The notes beneath the pieces were generated by a model that saw only the letters and a program-made list of their open reading frames with translations, was not told the DNA's origin and made no database searches. A program made the translations under genes and the position numbers. A stretch of DNA of 64,000 nucleotides from Candidatus Spongiisociaceae bacterium. Its GTDB lineage: Bacteria > Actinomycetota > Acidimicrobiia > Spongiisociales > Spongiisociaceae. Below, one piece after another: positions 8,055 to 17,212 of the stretch. The stretch lies in contig OZ241841.1 in the NCBI GenBank assembly GCA_965202665.1, positions 32,001 through 96,000 on the forward strand, in the 5' to 3' direction. Every line of letters starts with the position of its first letter. The first letter of the stretch is position 1.

Positions 8055-10603
8055 TCCTCCTGCCCCACTTGTTTGGACTCTGGCAGAGGTATAACCACCA
8101 TCGATTCCACCCCGCGCCGATCAACGATTTTAACCGCCACCCGCCGATACTGACCCGCCTCAAAGGGAAGGCTTATATCCCCGTGGTACCATTCCAGAAG
8201 ATCCTCATCTATCGTCGCGCCTAGTGTCTTAGCTAGACTTCCCCAACCGTCCTTAGGACTTTGTGCGTTCGGGAAAAATATCTGGGAGGGGAACAGACTC
8301 TTTCCGTCGTAGTTGGAATCCAAAGACCACAAGGCGACCTCTTCCGCTCCGCTTGGTATAACCTTATTTGATTGATGATCATAGTAATCGAAACCAATAA
8401 TCTTTACTTGCCAAATGTCTTCACCTGTCTCCTCAATGTCAATATCAGGCTGGCCTACCAACCAAAAGACATCATCGCCAGGTTGGGCACCCTTCAAATC
8501 TGTAACAAGCAAATCAGCGTCGATAACAGCACGAACTAGATCCACCCCAGGCCAACTTTTTCGGCCTAGCAACTCGGATGCCGCCGTATCGAACCCGAAG
8601 GCTGCGAACAGCACCATCTCCGGACGTGGAACAAGTGATTGGGCTTCTTCTATAGCCTGCTCCACCTGAAAGCCCGATAAAGGCGCATAGGGCGATCCAA
8701 ACACTACAACGCACACCTTTCCTTCTTCCAATACCCCGGTGGCATGTATCCATCGGCCGCCAGCGTGTTCTGCTAGTTCATCAAAACGGATTTTGCCGTT
8801 ACGGACGGTGCGCACCCCGGAACGACGCATCTGCTCCAACCAATCTCGCCAATCATCCATTCCTTCCACATCGGCCACTACCTCCCCCCGGCTAGATGGA
8901 CCATTTTCGGACAACGGCAACACCGGATGCGGAGCATACGGAGCTGGCAACGCCTCTATAGTAAACCACCCCGTAACCCGTCGCTTACGGGATATCCTTC
9001 GTGGACGGTCTACCAAGTCGATGGTTTCCGAATCTAAATCGTATGCTAAGGTTTTAGCAGTAACCTTCGGGCAGGTCTTATATATGAACCCACTAGCCGG
9101 GCTACTCCCATCCCTCAGCTCATAATATGGGTAAACCGCGGTAAGTAACCGCTTTCTTGCTATAGTTAAAGCCACTCTGCTAGTGTCAATGGTAATCCAA
9201 CGGCGACCCCACTGCTCGGCTACATACGCGGTGGTTCCGCTCCCGCAGGTCGGATCAAGCACCAAATCACCTGGATCCGATGTCATAAGCATGCAGCGCT
9301 CTACAGCAGTAGTTGCAGTTTGGACAACATATATCTTACCAAAAGGACGTATCTGTTTCCACCATATATTATGTAGCCTGCTTCCTGGCCAATCCTCCTC
9401 GTATTTCTTATACATTAGTTGTTTTGATTTACCCGCCTTGTCACACAGCCTATTTAACTCTGCAAGATTATCCATACCTTCTTTTGATACACTCCAATGC
9501 ATATTAGGGGGACAATAAAATATTTTACCGCTCCATTTATAAGGTTCGGAACGGTTCTGGACATAGCCTTGAGATGTTAATAGGCGACGTGCATAAAGAC
9601 GTATCTTTTCCATATTATCAGGATTCTCTCTTTCTCTTTTAGATAATTCGCGTGTTGTTCCATCCAACTCTTCACCCATAACCCAAGATCCGAAATGTTT
9701 AACAACGTCTTCTCTAGTTCGCTCACCAAACAATTGGCGAAATTTAATTTTGGTTTTATCTTTAGCATACCAAAGCAGATAGTTGGCGGCATTGGGCAAC
9801 AGAGTAGAAGATCCCCCTCCCGAAGTAGCATATGTAATCAGCTCCACTCGGTTCTCAGCTCCAAATATTTCATCCAACAGCAAGCCCATCCGCATAACAT
9901 TTTCCGAACCGATCTGGACAAAAACAGACCCGCTATCCTTTAGCAGTTCCCGACATAGTAGTAATCTATCTCGCATATAAGACAAGTATGAATGAATTTC
10001 TTTTCGCCAAGTGTCCCGGAACGCCTGTACCATCTCCGGTTCCCTTGACACTCCAGTCTTGGTCTCACCTACATTCAAATTGTCCGTTACAATCTGCCAA
10101 TTCCCTCCATATTTTATACCGTAAGGTGGGTCAAAGTAAATAGTTTGAACTTGTCCGCCCATGCCCTCTTTCTCTAATAGCGATGCCATTACCAGCAGGC
10201 TGTCGCCTGCGATCATCCGATTTCGCCAACCTACCTCGTGCTGGTAAAACTCTACCGATTCCCGACCAGTCAGTTGGCCAGGATCAAATAGCGGGGGTTG
10301 CCCCCCCCCCCCCCGCGCCTCTTCCGCCCTTATGGCATCCAGAACGCTCAACGGCTCTATGCGCTCATGGACATGCAAATCCCGGACGTCCACTTCCAAA
10401 ATTCGGTTCTCGCGCTTCCCGTGCCATGACAGGAAGGGGTCGGTGCGGTCATCGTGTTCCCAAACCCGCGTCTCCGCCTCGCCCGGATGATCTAGATGCG
10501 CTTCGGCCTGACCGGCCTGCGGGTTGTTTAGCCTGCTCGCCTTGGAGTGGTCATAGGAGGACGGTCGCCCCCCCCCCCCCGTAGATCTACGTTGATTGGA
10601 CAT
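8051..10603 (-). CDS. mod: Type III R-M DNA methyltransferase subunit (beta-class amino-MTase)
   Basis: DPPY (10121-10132) precedes DPTCGSGTT motif I (~9230-9256). Lies immediately upstream of res. Confidence 0.9.
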   Translation of the reverse strand: MSNQRRSTGGGGRPSSYDHSKASRLNNPQAGQAEAHLDHPGEAETRVWEHDDRTDPFLSWHGKRENRILEVDVRDLHVHERIEPLSVLDAIRAEEARGGGGQPPLFDPGQLTGRESVEFYQHEVGWRNRMIAGDSLLVMASLLEKEGMGGQVQTIYFDPPYGIKYGGNWQIVTDNLNVGETKTGVSREPEMVQAFRDTWRKEIHSYLSYMRDRLLLCRELLKDSGSVFVQIGSENVMRMGLLLDEIFGAENRVELITYATSGGGSSTLLPNAANYLLWYAKDKTKIKFRQLFGERTREDVVKHFGSWVMGEELDGTTRELSKRERENPDNMEKIRLYARRLLTSQGYVQNRSEPYKWSGKIFYCPPNMHWSVSKEGMDNLAELNRLCDKAGKSKQLMYKKYEEDWPGSRLHNIWWKQIRPFGKIYVVQTATTAVERCMLMTSDPGDLVLDPTCGSGTTAYVAEQWGRRWITIDTSRVALTIARKRLLTAVYPYYELRDGSSPASGFIYKTCPKVTAKTLAYDLDSETIDLVDRPRRISRKRRVTGWFTIEALPAPYAPHPVLPLSENGPSSRGEVVADVEGMDDWRDWLEQMRRSGVRTVRNGKIRFDELAEHAGGRWIHATGVLEEGKVCVVVFGSPYAPLSGFQVEQAIEEAQSLVPRPEMVLFAAFGFDTAASELLGRKSWPGVDLVRAVIDADLLVTDLKGAQPGDDVFWLVGQPDIDIEETGEDIWQVKIIGFDYYDHQSNKVIPSGAEEVALWSLDSNYDGKSLFPSQIFFPNAQSPKDGWGSLAKTLGATIDEDLLEWYHGDISLPFEAGQYRRVAVKIVDRRGVESMVVIPLPESKQVGQEE
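10301..10314 (-). repeat. G14 homopolymer within mod (putative phase-variation tract)
   Basis: 14 consecutive C on the + strand, encoding the RGGGGQ segment; currently in frame. Confidence 0.85.
10568..10580 (-). repeat. G13 homopolymer at the 5' end of mod (putative phase-variation tract)
   Basis: 13 consecutive C on the + strand, encoding TGGGGR; currently in frame. Confidence 0.85.
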
Positions 10604-10608
10604 CTCTG

Positions 10609-10935
10609 CTACTTACCCTGAGTAGTGTTGTAGTTTTCGTTATATAACAATACTTTGGTTACGTTTACTGATTTTGTTAGGAAGGGGTTGTCTAGCGTTT
10701 CGGTGTCTAGCAGGTCTATCTTGCGGTCGAACATTTTTTGCAGTTCTAGCAGAACGTCGATGTAGAACCATGTTGACTGGTAGGCTTCCGGTTTGAACTC
10801 CACTAGGAAATCGAGGTCGCTTTGGTCGGTGAAATCACCTGTCGCGGCGGAGCCGAACAGGTGGAGGCGGCGGATGTTGTGCTCCGCGCACAACCGCCGC
10901 AGGTCAGCCAAGCGGTCCTCTATCAAAGCTATCAC
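10609..10935 (-). CDS. Minimal nucleotidyltransferase (MNT/MntA-like), no HEPN partner
   Basis: LFGSAATGDF...SDLDFLVEF (GS..DxD) and RKIDL. GTG start at 10935 with GGAGAAGG RBS; 108 aa. Confidence 0.85.
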   Translation of the reverse strand: MIALIEDRLADLRRLCAEHNIRRLHLFGSAATGDFTDQSDLDFLVEFKPEAYQSTWFYIDVLLELQKMFDRKIDLLDTETLDNPFLTKSVNVTKVLLYNENYNTTQGK

Positions 10936-10949
10936 GGGTTGACCTTCTC

Positions 10950-12146
10950 CTATTCTTTGGTTAGGTGGGTGAAGCGGCGGCGGCCTACTGATAGGGTTTT
11001 GCCTGCTACTTCTTCCCTGGGGTGGGTTTCTTCTTTTGTCGGTTGGCCGTCTATGCGGACTGCTCCTTGGGAGAGCATCCGGCGGCCTTCGCTTTTGGAC
11101 TTTACCAGGCCCGTTGCCGCTAGCAAAGCGGGCAGGTATACCGGGTCGTCCTCCGGCAGGACGTAGCGGGGGGCGTCTTCGGGGGGTTGGTGGGCGCGGA
11201 ACTGGCGGTTGAAGGCTTCCTCGGCCCGCTCCCCCGCTCCCGGGCCGTGGTAGAAGTCGGCGATGGAGCGGGCCAGCGTCCGCTTCGCCTCCCCCGGATG
11301 GGCCGTCCCCGCGGCCAGTCCGGCCGCCTGCTCTTCGGCCCGTTCCCAGTCCAAGCCGGATGCCAGGCGCAGCCACTGCGGCATGGCCTGGTCGGGGATG
11401 CTCATCGTCTTGCCGAACATTTCCTCCGGCGGCTCGTCGATCCCGATGTAGTTACCCAGGGACTGCGACATTTTCATCCGCCCGTCGGTGCCCACCAGCA
11501 ACGGCATCGTCAAAACCATCTGCGGGCGTTGGCCGAACCGCTGCTGCACCTGGCGGCCCATAATCAGGTTGAACAACTGGTCGGTCCCCCCCAGCTCCAC
11601 GTCCGCTTTGATCGCTACCGAATCGTAGGCCTGCAACAGCGGATACATGAACTCCATCATGGAAATGGGACGTTCGGCCGCAAACCGTTGGGAGAAATCG
11701 TCCCGTTCCAGCATCTGCGCCAAAGTGGTCATCGCCGTCAGACGCAGCACGTCGGCCATGTCCAAACCGGACAGCCACTCCGAATTGCGGCGAATCTCCA
11801 GGTTGTCCTCCGACAGAATCTTGCGGAACCCGCCCAGCACCGCCTCCGCGTGCTCCGCCACCTCCTCGGCGGTGAGCCGTTTGCGGGTCTCCGAACGGCC
11901 GCTCGGATCCCCCACTTGGGCGGTGAAATCCCCCACTATCAGCACCGCGGTGTGCCCCAGATCCTGGAACTGGCGCAGTTTGCGCAGAACCACCGCCCAC
12001 CCCAAAGTCACCGCCGGGGCGGTCGGGTCCAAACCTAGTTTCACCCGCAACGGGCGCCCCTCCCCCAGCCGCGCCTCCAACTCGTCCTCCGGGAGGAACG
12101 TTTCGGCGCCGCGCAACAGCCTCTCCGCCTGATGTTGGGGGTTCAT
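10950..12146 (-). CDS. tyrS: Tyrosine--tRNA ligase
   Basis: KLGLDPTAP, GDFTAQVGDPSGR, YPLLQAYDS, ELGGTDQLFN, C-terminal S4 domain. Start ATG12146. Confidence 0.95.
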   Translation of the reverse strand: MNPQHQAERLLRGAETFLPEDELEARLGEGRPLRVKLGLDPTAPAVTLGWAVVLRKLRQFQDLGHTAVLIVGDFTAQVGDPSGRSETRKRLTAEEVAEHAEAVLGGFRKILSEDNLEIRRNSEWLSGLDMADVLRLTAMTTLAQMLERDDFSQRFAAERPISMMEFMYPLLQAYDSVAIKADVELGGTDQLFNLIMGRQVQQRFGQRPQMVLTMPLLVGTDGRMKMSQSLGNYIGIDEPPEEMFGKTMSIPDQAMPQWLRLASGLDWERAEEQAAGLAAGTAHPGEAKRTLARSIADFYHGPGAGERAEEAFNRQFRAHQPPEDAPRYVLPEDDPVYLPALLAATGLVKSKSEGRRMLSQGAVRIDGQPTKEETHPREEVAGKTLSVGRRRFTHLTKE

Positions 12147-12184
12147 GACCGCCAAGAATAACGCCCCCGGCCCCCGCCCGCCTC

Positions 12185-13411
12185 TTAGGCGGCGCTGGCC
12201 CGCAGGGACTCCACCGGTTCCAAGCGGGAAGCCCGCACCGCCGGATACAGGCCGGCTAACAGCCCCACCACCGCCCCCAGCAGGGGGGCGGCCAGCGGAA
12301 TCACCGGGTTCAACACCGGCGTCCAAGTGCGGGCGGCCGACACCGCCACCACCGTCAGAATGCCCAACGAAGCCCCCACCACCCCGCCGAACAGGCCCAC
12401 CCCGGTCGACTCCAGCAGAAACTGGTAGGCGATGTGCCGCCGCCCCGCCCCCAGCGCCCGGCGCAGGCCGATTTCCCCCACCCGCTCCAGCACCGACACC
12501 AGGGTGACGTTGGCGATACCGATTCCGCCCACCAGCAGCGACACGCCCCCCAAAATCAGGAACAGGGCGTTCACGTTCTCCTGCACCTCCTCCCGCAACT
12601 CGTCCGGTTCGGGCGGGGCCTGCACCCGCACAATGGACGGGTCGTCGGGCGACACCGCTATCGGCCCCTGGGCGGCGATGAGCGGGGCCGCCCCCACCTC
12701 GGTGCGGATCTGGATGGTGGTGGGCGACTCCAACTTGTAGAGGCGGCGGGCGGTGCCCTCCGGTATGATGAGGGCGTTCAGCAACTCCGGTTGCCGTTCC
12801 ACGTCGGCCAAGATGCCCATCACCGCGAAGCTGACGTCCCCCACGAACACCACCGGTTGCTGATCCACCCGGTTCACGTTCAACCGTTGCGCCGCCCCCG
12901 AACCGAGCACCGTCACCCGGTCGGCCCGCTCCGAATGGCCGAAGTCGTACCAGCGGCCGGTGGCCAGCCGCCCCCGCGAGGCCGGGTAGATGCCCGGGGA
13001 GGCGGCGATCATCGGAATCTGAAATTCGGTTTGGCCCAGCGGGTCTTTGATGGGAACCGACCGCGCCAGGTCCCCCCCTATCGACACCTCCGCCATGGAA
13101 CCGGCCGCCACCACCCCGTTCAGGCGGGCCAGCCGCCGCTCCGAATCCCAGGGCAGGGACAAGCGCCGGTTGGCCGCCGAAAAACCCCCTTCGGTGGTCA
13201 GCACCACCGAGGTGGCCGACAGCTCGTCGAAAGTGGCCACTATTTGGTTGCCGGCCGTGTCCGCCACCCCCAAAGTGGCCACCAGGGCCGCTATCCCCAG
13301 CACCGCCCCCAAGGCGGTGAGAAGCGACCGGCCGGGGCGGGTGAACAATCCGGCCAGCGCCTCCGAAAACAGGTCCCGGAGGCGAAACCGGGAGCGGGGA
13401 ATGCCGCTCAC
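12185..13411 (-). CDS. MacB/FtsX-family ABC transporter permease
   Basis: GGIGIANVTLVSVLERVGEIGLRRALGA; YPAVRASRLEP. Confidence 0.92.
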   Translation of the reverse strand: MSGIPRSRFRLRDLFSEALAGLFTRPGRSLLTALGAVLGIAALVATLGVADTAGNQIVATFDELSATSVVLTTEGGFSAANRRLSLPWDSERRLARLNGVVAAGSMAEVSIGGDLARSVPIKDPLGQTEFQIPMIAASPGIYPASRGRLATGRWYDFGHSERADRVTVLGSGAAQRLNVNRVDQQPVVFVGDVSFAVMGILADVERQPELLNALIIPEGTARRLYKLESPTTIQIRTEVGAAPLIAAQGPIAVSPDDPSIVRVQAPPEPDELREEVQENVNALFLILGGVSLLVGGIGIANVTLVSVLERVGEIGLRRALGAGRRHIAYQFLLESTGVGLFGGVVGASLGILTVVAVSAARTWTPVLNPVIPLAAPLLGAVVGLLAGLYPAVRASRLEPVESLRASAA

Positions 13412-14094
13412 GCCGCCGTCTCCTCCGCGGCCCGCCCGTCGTGCATGCCGATTATCCGCTCCGCCCGCCCGCTGACCAGCGGGTCGTGGGTGACGATGAC
13501 GATGGTCAACCCGTCGGCCCGCAACTCCTCGAACAGTTCCAAGATGGACTCGCTGGTGGCGCTGTCCAAACTGCCGGTGGGTTCATCGCACAGCAAAATG
13601 GGGGGCCGGGTGACGATCGCCCGGGCGATGGCCACCCTTTGCCGCTCCCCGCCGGACAGGCGGGAAGGAAGAAACCCGGCCCGCTCGGTCAACCCCACCC
13701 GGGCCAGCGCCTCCCGGGCCCGGGGTTTGCGCTCCGCCGGGGGGACGCTCCCGTACAGCATGGACAGGATCACGTTCTCCAGCACGGTGCGGTGGGCGAG
13801 CAGGTGAAAAGACTGGAAGACGAATCCGATGCGGTGCGCCCGCAGGCCGGTGCGCTCCCCCTCCGACAGGCCGGAAACGTCGTGCCCTTCAAACCAGTAG
13901 CGGCCGTTGCTTTGGCGGTCCAGCAGGGCGATGATGTTGAGCAAAGTGGATTTGCCGCTCCCCGACGGCCCCACAATGGACATGTAGTCCCCCCGGTTGA
14001 CGGCCAGGTCGGCCTCCCGCAGGGCGTTGATCTCCACCTCTCCGGAGCGGAAGGTGCGCCCCACCCCCTCCATCCGCACCAAAATCTCACGCAC
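13408..14094 (-). CDS. ABC transporter ATP-binding protein (LolD/MacB-like)
   Basis: [27 protein letters not shown]. Confidence 0.95.
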   Translation of the reverse strand: MREILVRMEGVGRTFRSGEVEINALREADLAVNRGDYMSIVGPSGSGKSTLLNIIALLDRQSNGRYWFEGHDVSGLSEGERTGLRAHRIGFVFQSFHLLAHRTVLENVILSMLYGSVPPAERKPRAREALARVGLTERAGFLPSRLSGGERQRVAIARAIVTRPPILLCDEPTGSLDSATSESILELFEELRADGLTIVIVTHDPLVSGRAERIIGMHDGRAAEETAA

Positions 14095-16114
14095 CGGAGG
14101 CGACCCCCACCACCACCTGATCCCCCTCTATGATCTCGCCGTTCAACGGGGTGATTTCCACCAAACCCTGGGCCGCCAACCCGGGAACCACTTCCACGAA
14201 CCGGCTGGACCCGTCCTCCCCGGCGATCTCGATGCGGACCGCTCCGTCGGCGGTGGCCGACAGGGCGGCGGCCGGGACGGCCCACACCTCCCCTTCGGTG
14301 CCCCCCACCGGGATCACTATCCGCACGTTTTTTCCCACCAGGTCGTCCGGTATTTCCTCGGTGGAGGTGATTTCCATGTAATGCCGGTCGCTGGCCACGT
14401 TGCGGGTGCCGGGCCGGTTCTCCAGCAGGCGGATCACGCCCGGAATGGGGTCGGTCAGCGAAGGATCCTCGATCCGGGCCTCCCCCCCCTCCCGCACCAG
14501 CGACACGTCCCGCACCAGCACCGAGCCCCGCACCGCCAAATCGGACCCGGTGACGGTCATAAACCCGCCGCTCACCTGGCTGCCCAACTCGGAGGTGAGG
14601 GCGTCCACCCGCACCGGCATCCGCTTCAGGAAAATTACCTCCCCGGCCGGAATCCAAGTCCCGTAATCGGCCTCCAATTTGGCCAGGTCGTTGCGGGCGG
14701 CCTCCAGTTCCGTTTCCGCGTCGTCCGCCCCGCTTTGCAGTGCGGCCAAATCTGGCGGTTTCAACAGCTCGTTCAACGCGTCTTGCGCGTCCAGCAAGCG
14801 GTTGCGGGCCGTGCGGCGCTCGGTGGCGGCCAAAGCGGGGCGCCTGGCCAGCGCCGCCCGGGCGTCGGCCTCCGTCTGCCGGGCCCTCGTCAGGCGATCC
14901 TCCAGGTTGGGCGGGTTGAGCAGCTCGTTCAACGACTCCTGGGCGTCCAACAGCCGGTTGCGGGCGGCCCGCATGTCGGATTCGGCCTGTCTGGGCCGCG
15001 CCGCCACCGCCTCCCGGGCGTCGGTTATCGCCTTCTCCGCTTCCTCCAGGCTCATGCGGGCCGCGTTCACCGCCAACCGCAACGACTCCAACTGGGCGGA
15101 GGTGGGGATGTTGCCGCCCTCCGGGTGCACCCCCATCTGGGCGCTTCGCCAGCCGCTCTCCGCCTCCGCGTAAGAGCGGGCGGCCGTTTCCCGGGCCCGT
15201 TCCGCGTCCAGCACCGCCCGGGCGGCGGCCGCGTCCTCCTCGGCCACCCGCAACTCGGTTTTGCGCAGGTTCTCCCCGGCGTCGGCCGCCTCCGCCCGCG
15301 CCTGGCGCAGTTGCTTGTCGGTGGGGCCCGCCTCCAACTCCTCCAAAGACTGCTCGGCTTCGGCCAAAGCGGTGCGGGCCGCCGCGTCGGCGGCCGCCAC
15401 GCTGGTTTCGATGTTGTTCCAATTTTCCTGGGCGTCGGCCACGGCGCTGCGCGCCTGGCGGAGCTGGGCGTCGGTGGGGCCCCTTTCCGCATCCGTCAAA
15501 CTTTTGCGGGCGGCGCGCAGGGAGTCGTCGGCGGATTTCACCCGGTTGCGGGCCGTTTTCAGGGAAGTCTGCTCCTGTTCGCTGATCCCGTTGGCCTGGT
15601 AGCCCCGGGCCTGGTACCAGGTTTCCACCGCCGTCTCGGTGTTTTCGTCCCAAACCTGGTCGGCTTCCCCGTCGAAAAACCCGAGGCGGATCAAAGACCG
15701 TTCCAACTGCATCACATCCGGGCCGACCGCCCCCGGCCGCATATCCCGGAACACCGGAATGGGGCCTTCCAGCAGGAACACCGGCCGGCCCGCTATTTCA
15801 ATGGCCGTCTCCCCCTCCGCCAGGTCATCCCCCCGGCTGGGGGCGGCGGTCACCACCAGATTCCCGGACACCCCGCCCAGGGACCCGCCCAAGGAAAGAA
15901 TGGCCGGATCGTCGTATCCGACATCGGCCCGGGTGATCACGTTGGCCGACAGTTCGGTGCGTTCCACCGTCACCGTGATCAACGAAGGATCCGGCGGCTC
16001 CGCTTCGGCGGCTATCTGTGCGGGGGAACGTATGCTCCGCCCGAACCACCATCCCGTCCCGGCGGACGCCGCCACCAGCAAGACGACTACGCCGACCGAC
16101 AGCCCGCGTTTCAT
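14087..16114 (-). CDS. Membrane-fusion/adaptor protein with peptidoglycan-binding domain and long repeated coiled coil
   Basis: N-terminal TM helix; PG-binding-like GPDVMQLERSL..LG..G.AD; duplicated helical segments; located in the ABC operon. Confidence 0.8.
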   Translation of the reverse strand: MKRGLSVGVVVLLVAASAGTGWWFGRSIRSPAQIAAEAEPPDPSLITVTVERTELSANVITRADVGYDDPAILSLGGSLGGVSGNLVVTAAPSRGDDLAEGETAIEIAGRPVFLLEGPIPVFRDMRPGAVGPDVMQLERSLIRLGFFDGEADQVWDENTETAVETWYQARGYQANGISEQEQTSLKTARNRVKSADDSLRAARKSLTDAERGPTDAQLRQARSAVADAQENWNNIETSVAAADAAARTALAEAEQSLEELEAGPTDKQLRQARAEAADAGENLRKTELRVAEEDAAAARAVLDAERARETAARSYAEAESGWRSAQMGVHPEGGNIPTSAQLESLRLAVNAARMSLEEAEKAITDAREAVAARPRQAESDMRAARNRLLDAQESLNELLNPPNLEDRLTRARQTEADARAALARRPALAATERRTARNRLLDAQDALNELLKPPDLAALQSGADDAETELEAARNDLAKLEADYGTWIPAGEVIFLKRMPVRVDALTSELGSQVSGGFMTVTGSDLAVRGSVLVRDVSLVREGGEARIEDPSLTDPIPGVIRLLENRPGTRNVASDRHYMEITSTEEIPDDLVGKNVRIVIPVGGTEGEVWAVPAAALSATADGAVRIEIAGEDGSSRFVEVVPGLAAQGLVEITPLNGEIIEGDQVVVGVASGA

Positions 16115-16135
16115 CGCCCGCCGCCGGCGGTCAAA

Positions 16136-17212
16136 TCAACCCACGCCCAAAGAGTCGCGGGCCCGGAGCAAGGCGTCCCGATTTTGTTGGATGAACTCCT
16201 TCTCATATTCGGATCGCACCTCCTGCTCCAGTTGCCGCCGCGCCTCCCCGCATTCGTAGTTGGCCACCGCCAAGGCGATCTCCTCCTCCTGCAGGGCGGT
16301 CAGCGCCTCCTGGTCCACATCCTGGCGGGACTGCTGCTCGAACTGGGCGTAGAAATCATCCAACTCCTGCGGGCTGCTGTTGGCCACAAACTCCTGTATC
16401 TCCTCGTCCGACCATCCGGCGAAAGGATCGGAGCCTCCGGCAATGGCCTGGTATCTCTGCTGCAGGTCGTCAAGGGCCGTGTTCCAAATATCGTCGGCGC
16501 TCTCGTACTGGTAGCCCCGATCGGACATGCAGGCGGTCCAACCCTGGTCGGCGTCCGCCATCCGGGGATCGGCGTCCACCCGCTCTTGCAGATCGGTTAG
16601 CAACGGTTCCAACTCTGAAAAAATGGCTTCGGCTTGGCCGAACACTTCTTGCGCCGCCTCCCCTTGGCATCCTCCGCCCCAAAAAGTGGCGTCCGACTCT
16701 TCCGCCCCGGCCTCCAGTCCGGTTTCCGCGCCGTACAATCCTTCGTAGTAGGCGTTTCTCTCCGACTCCGACATAGCGGCCACAATGGCTTCGTTGGGGT
16801 CCGTCCACTGCCCGGACGGGTCATTTTCATCAATCGCGTCGTATCTGGTGCTGATGCCGAAACCCTGCTCGCGGGCGAACTGCTCCTCGTCGAAGGCGAC
16901 CCCGATAATGGAGGACGGGGTCGCCGCGGGCACGTATTCAAACCCCTGGTTGGCCATGCAGGTTGCTATCAACTCCTGCTGGCGCATCTCCCATCGGCGG
17001 AACTGTTCCTGGGAGGCGTCCGGGTCGTTGGGGTCGAAGCCGAAGAAGGAATCCAAGGTAGCGGGTTCTTCGCCGGGATCCGGCGCGGCGGTAGTGGAGG
17101 TTTCCCCCTCCGTCCCGGCGGAAAGTTCCCCGTCCGCCCCGGACGAGGAGCCGCAGGCGGCCGCCGTCAAAAGCAACGCCGCACCTAGCATCGAAAGCAA
17201 ACGCCTGGGCAT
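16136..17212 (-). CDS. Acidic lipoprotein associated with the ABC exporter
   Basis: Signal peptide with lipobox-like TAAAC; CM..GF/Y motifs; GAAAGGGG RBS before ATG17212. Confidence 0.75.
   Translation of the reverse strand: MPRRLLSMLGAALLLTAAACGSSSGADGELSAGTEGETSTTAAPDPGEEPATLDSFFGFDPNDPDASQEQFRRWEMRQQELIATCMANQGFEYVPAATPSSIIGVAFDEEQFAREQGFGISTRYDAIDENDPSGQWTDPNEAIVAAMSESERNAYYEGLYGAETGLEAGAEESDATFWGGGCQGEAAQEVFGQAEAIFSELEPLLTDLQERVDADPRMADADQGWTACMSDRGYQYESADDIWNTALDDLQQRYQAIAGGSDPFAGWSDEEIQEFVANSSPQELDDFYAQFEQQSRQDVDQEALTALQEEEIALAVANYECGEARRQLEQEVRSEYEKEFIQQNRDALLRARDSLGVG

Larger units (their letters stand above)
159..10935. other. Defence island (darT-arh x3, Type III R-M, orphan MNT) abutting the tyrS 3' end
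   Basis: Clustered defence-type genes with lower GC than the core. No integrase or att site seen; the left boundary may lie outside the window. Confidence 0.7.

Noticed and set aside
159-10935. Island as a prophage, ICE or transposon
   Set aside because: No integrase, transposase, phage gene, tRNA or convincing att repeat in the window.
10936-11376. Long upstream extensions of ORF-track calls (mnt here; likewise tyrS, mpg, pheT, pyrD, carA, carB, ruvX, rarA, aspS)
   Set aside because: They overlap upstream genes and are low-complexity; true starts were assigned at stop/start overlaps or RBS positions.
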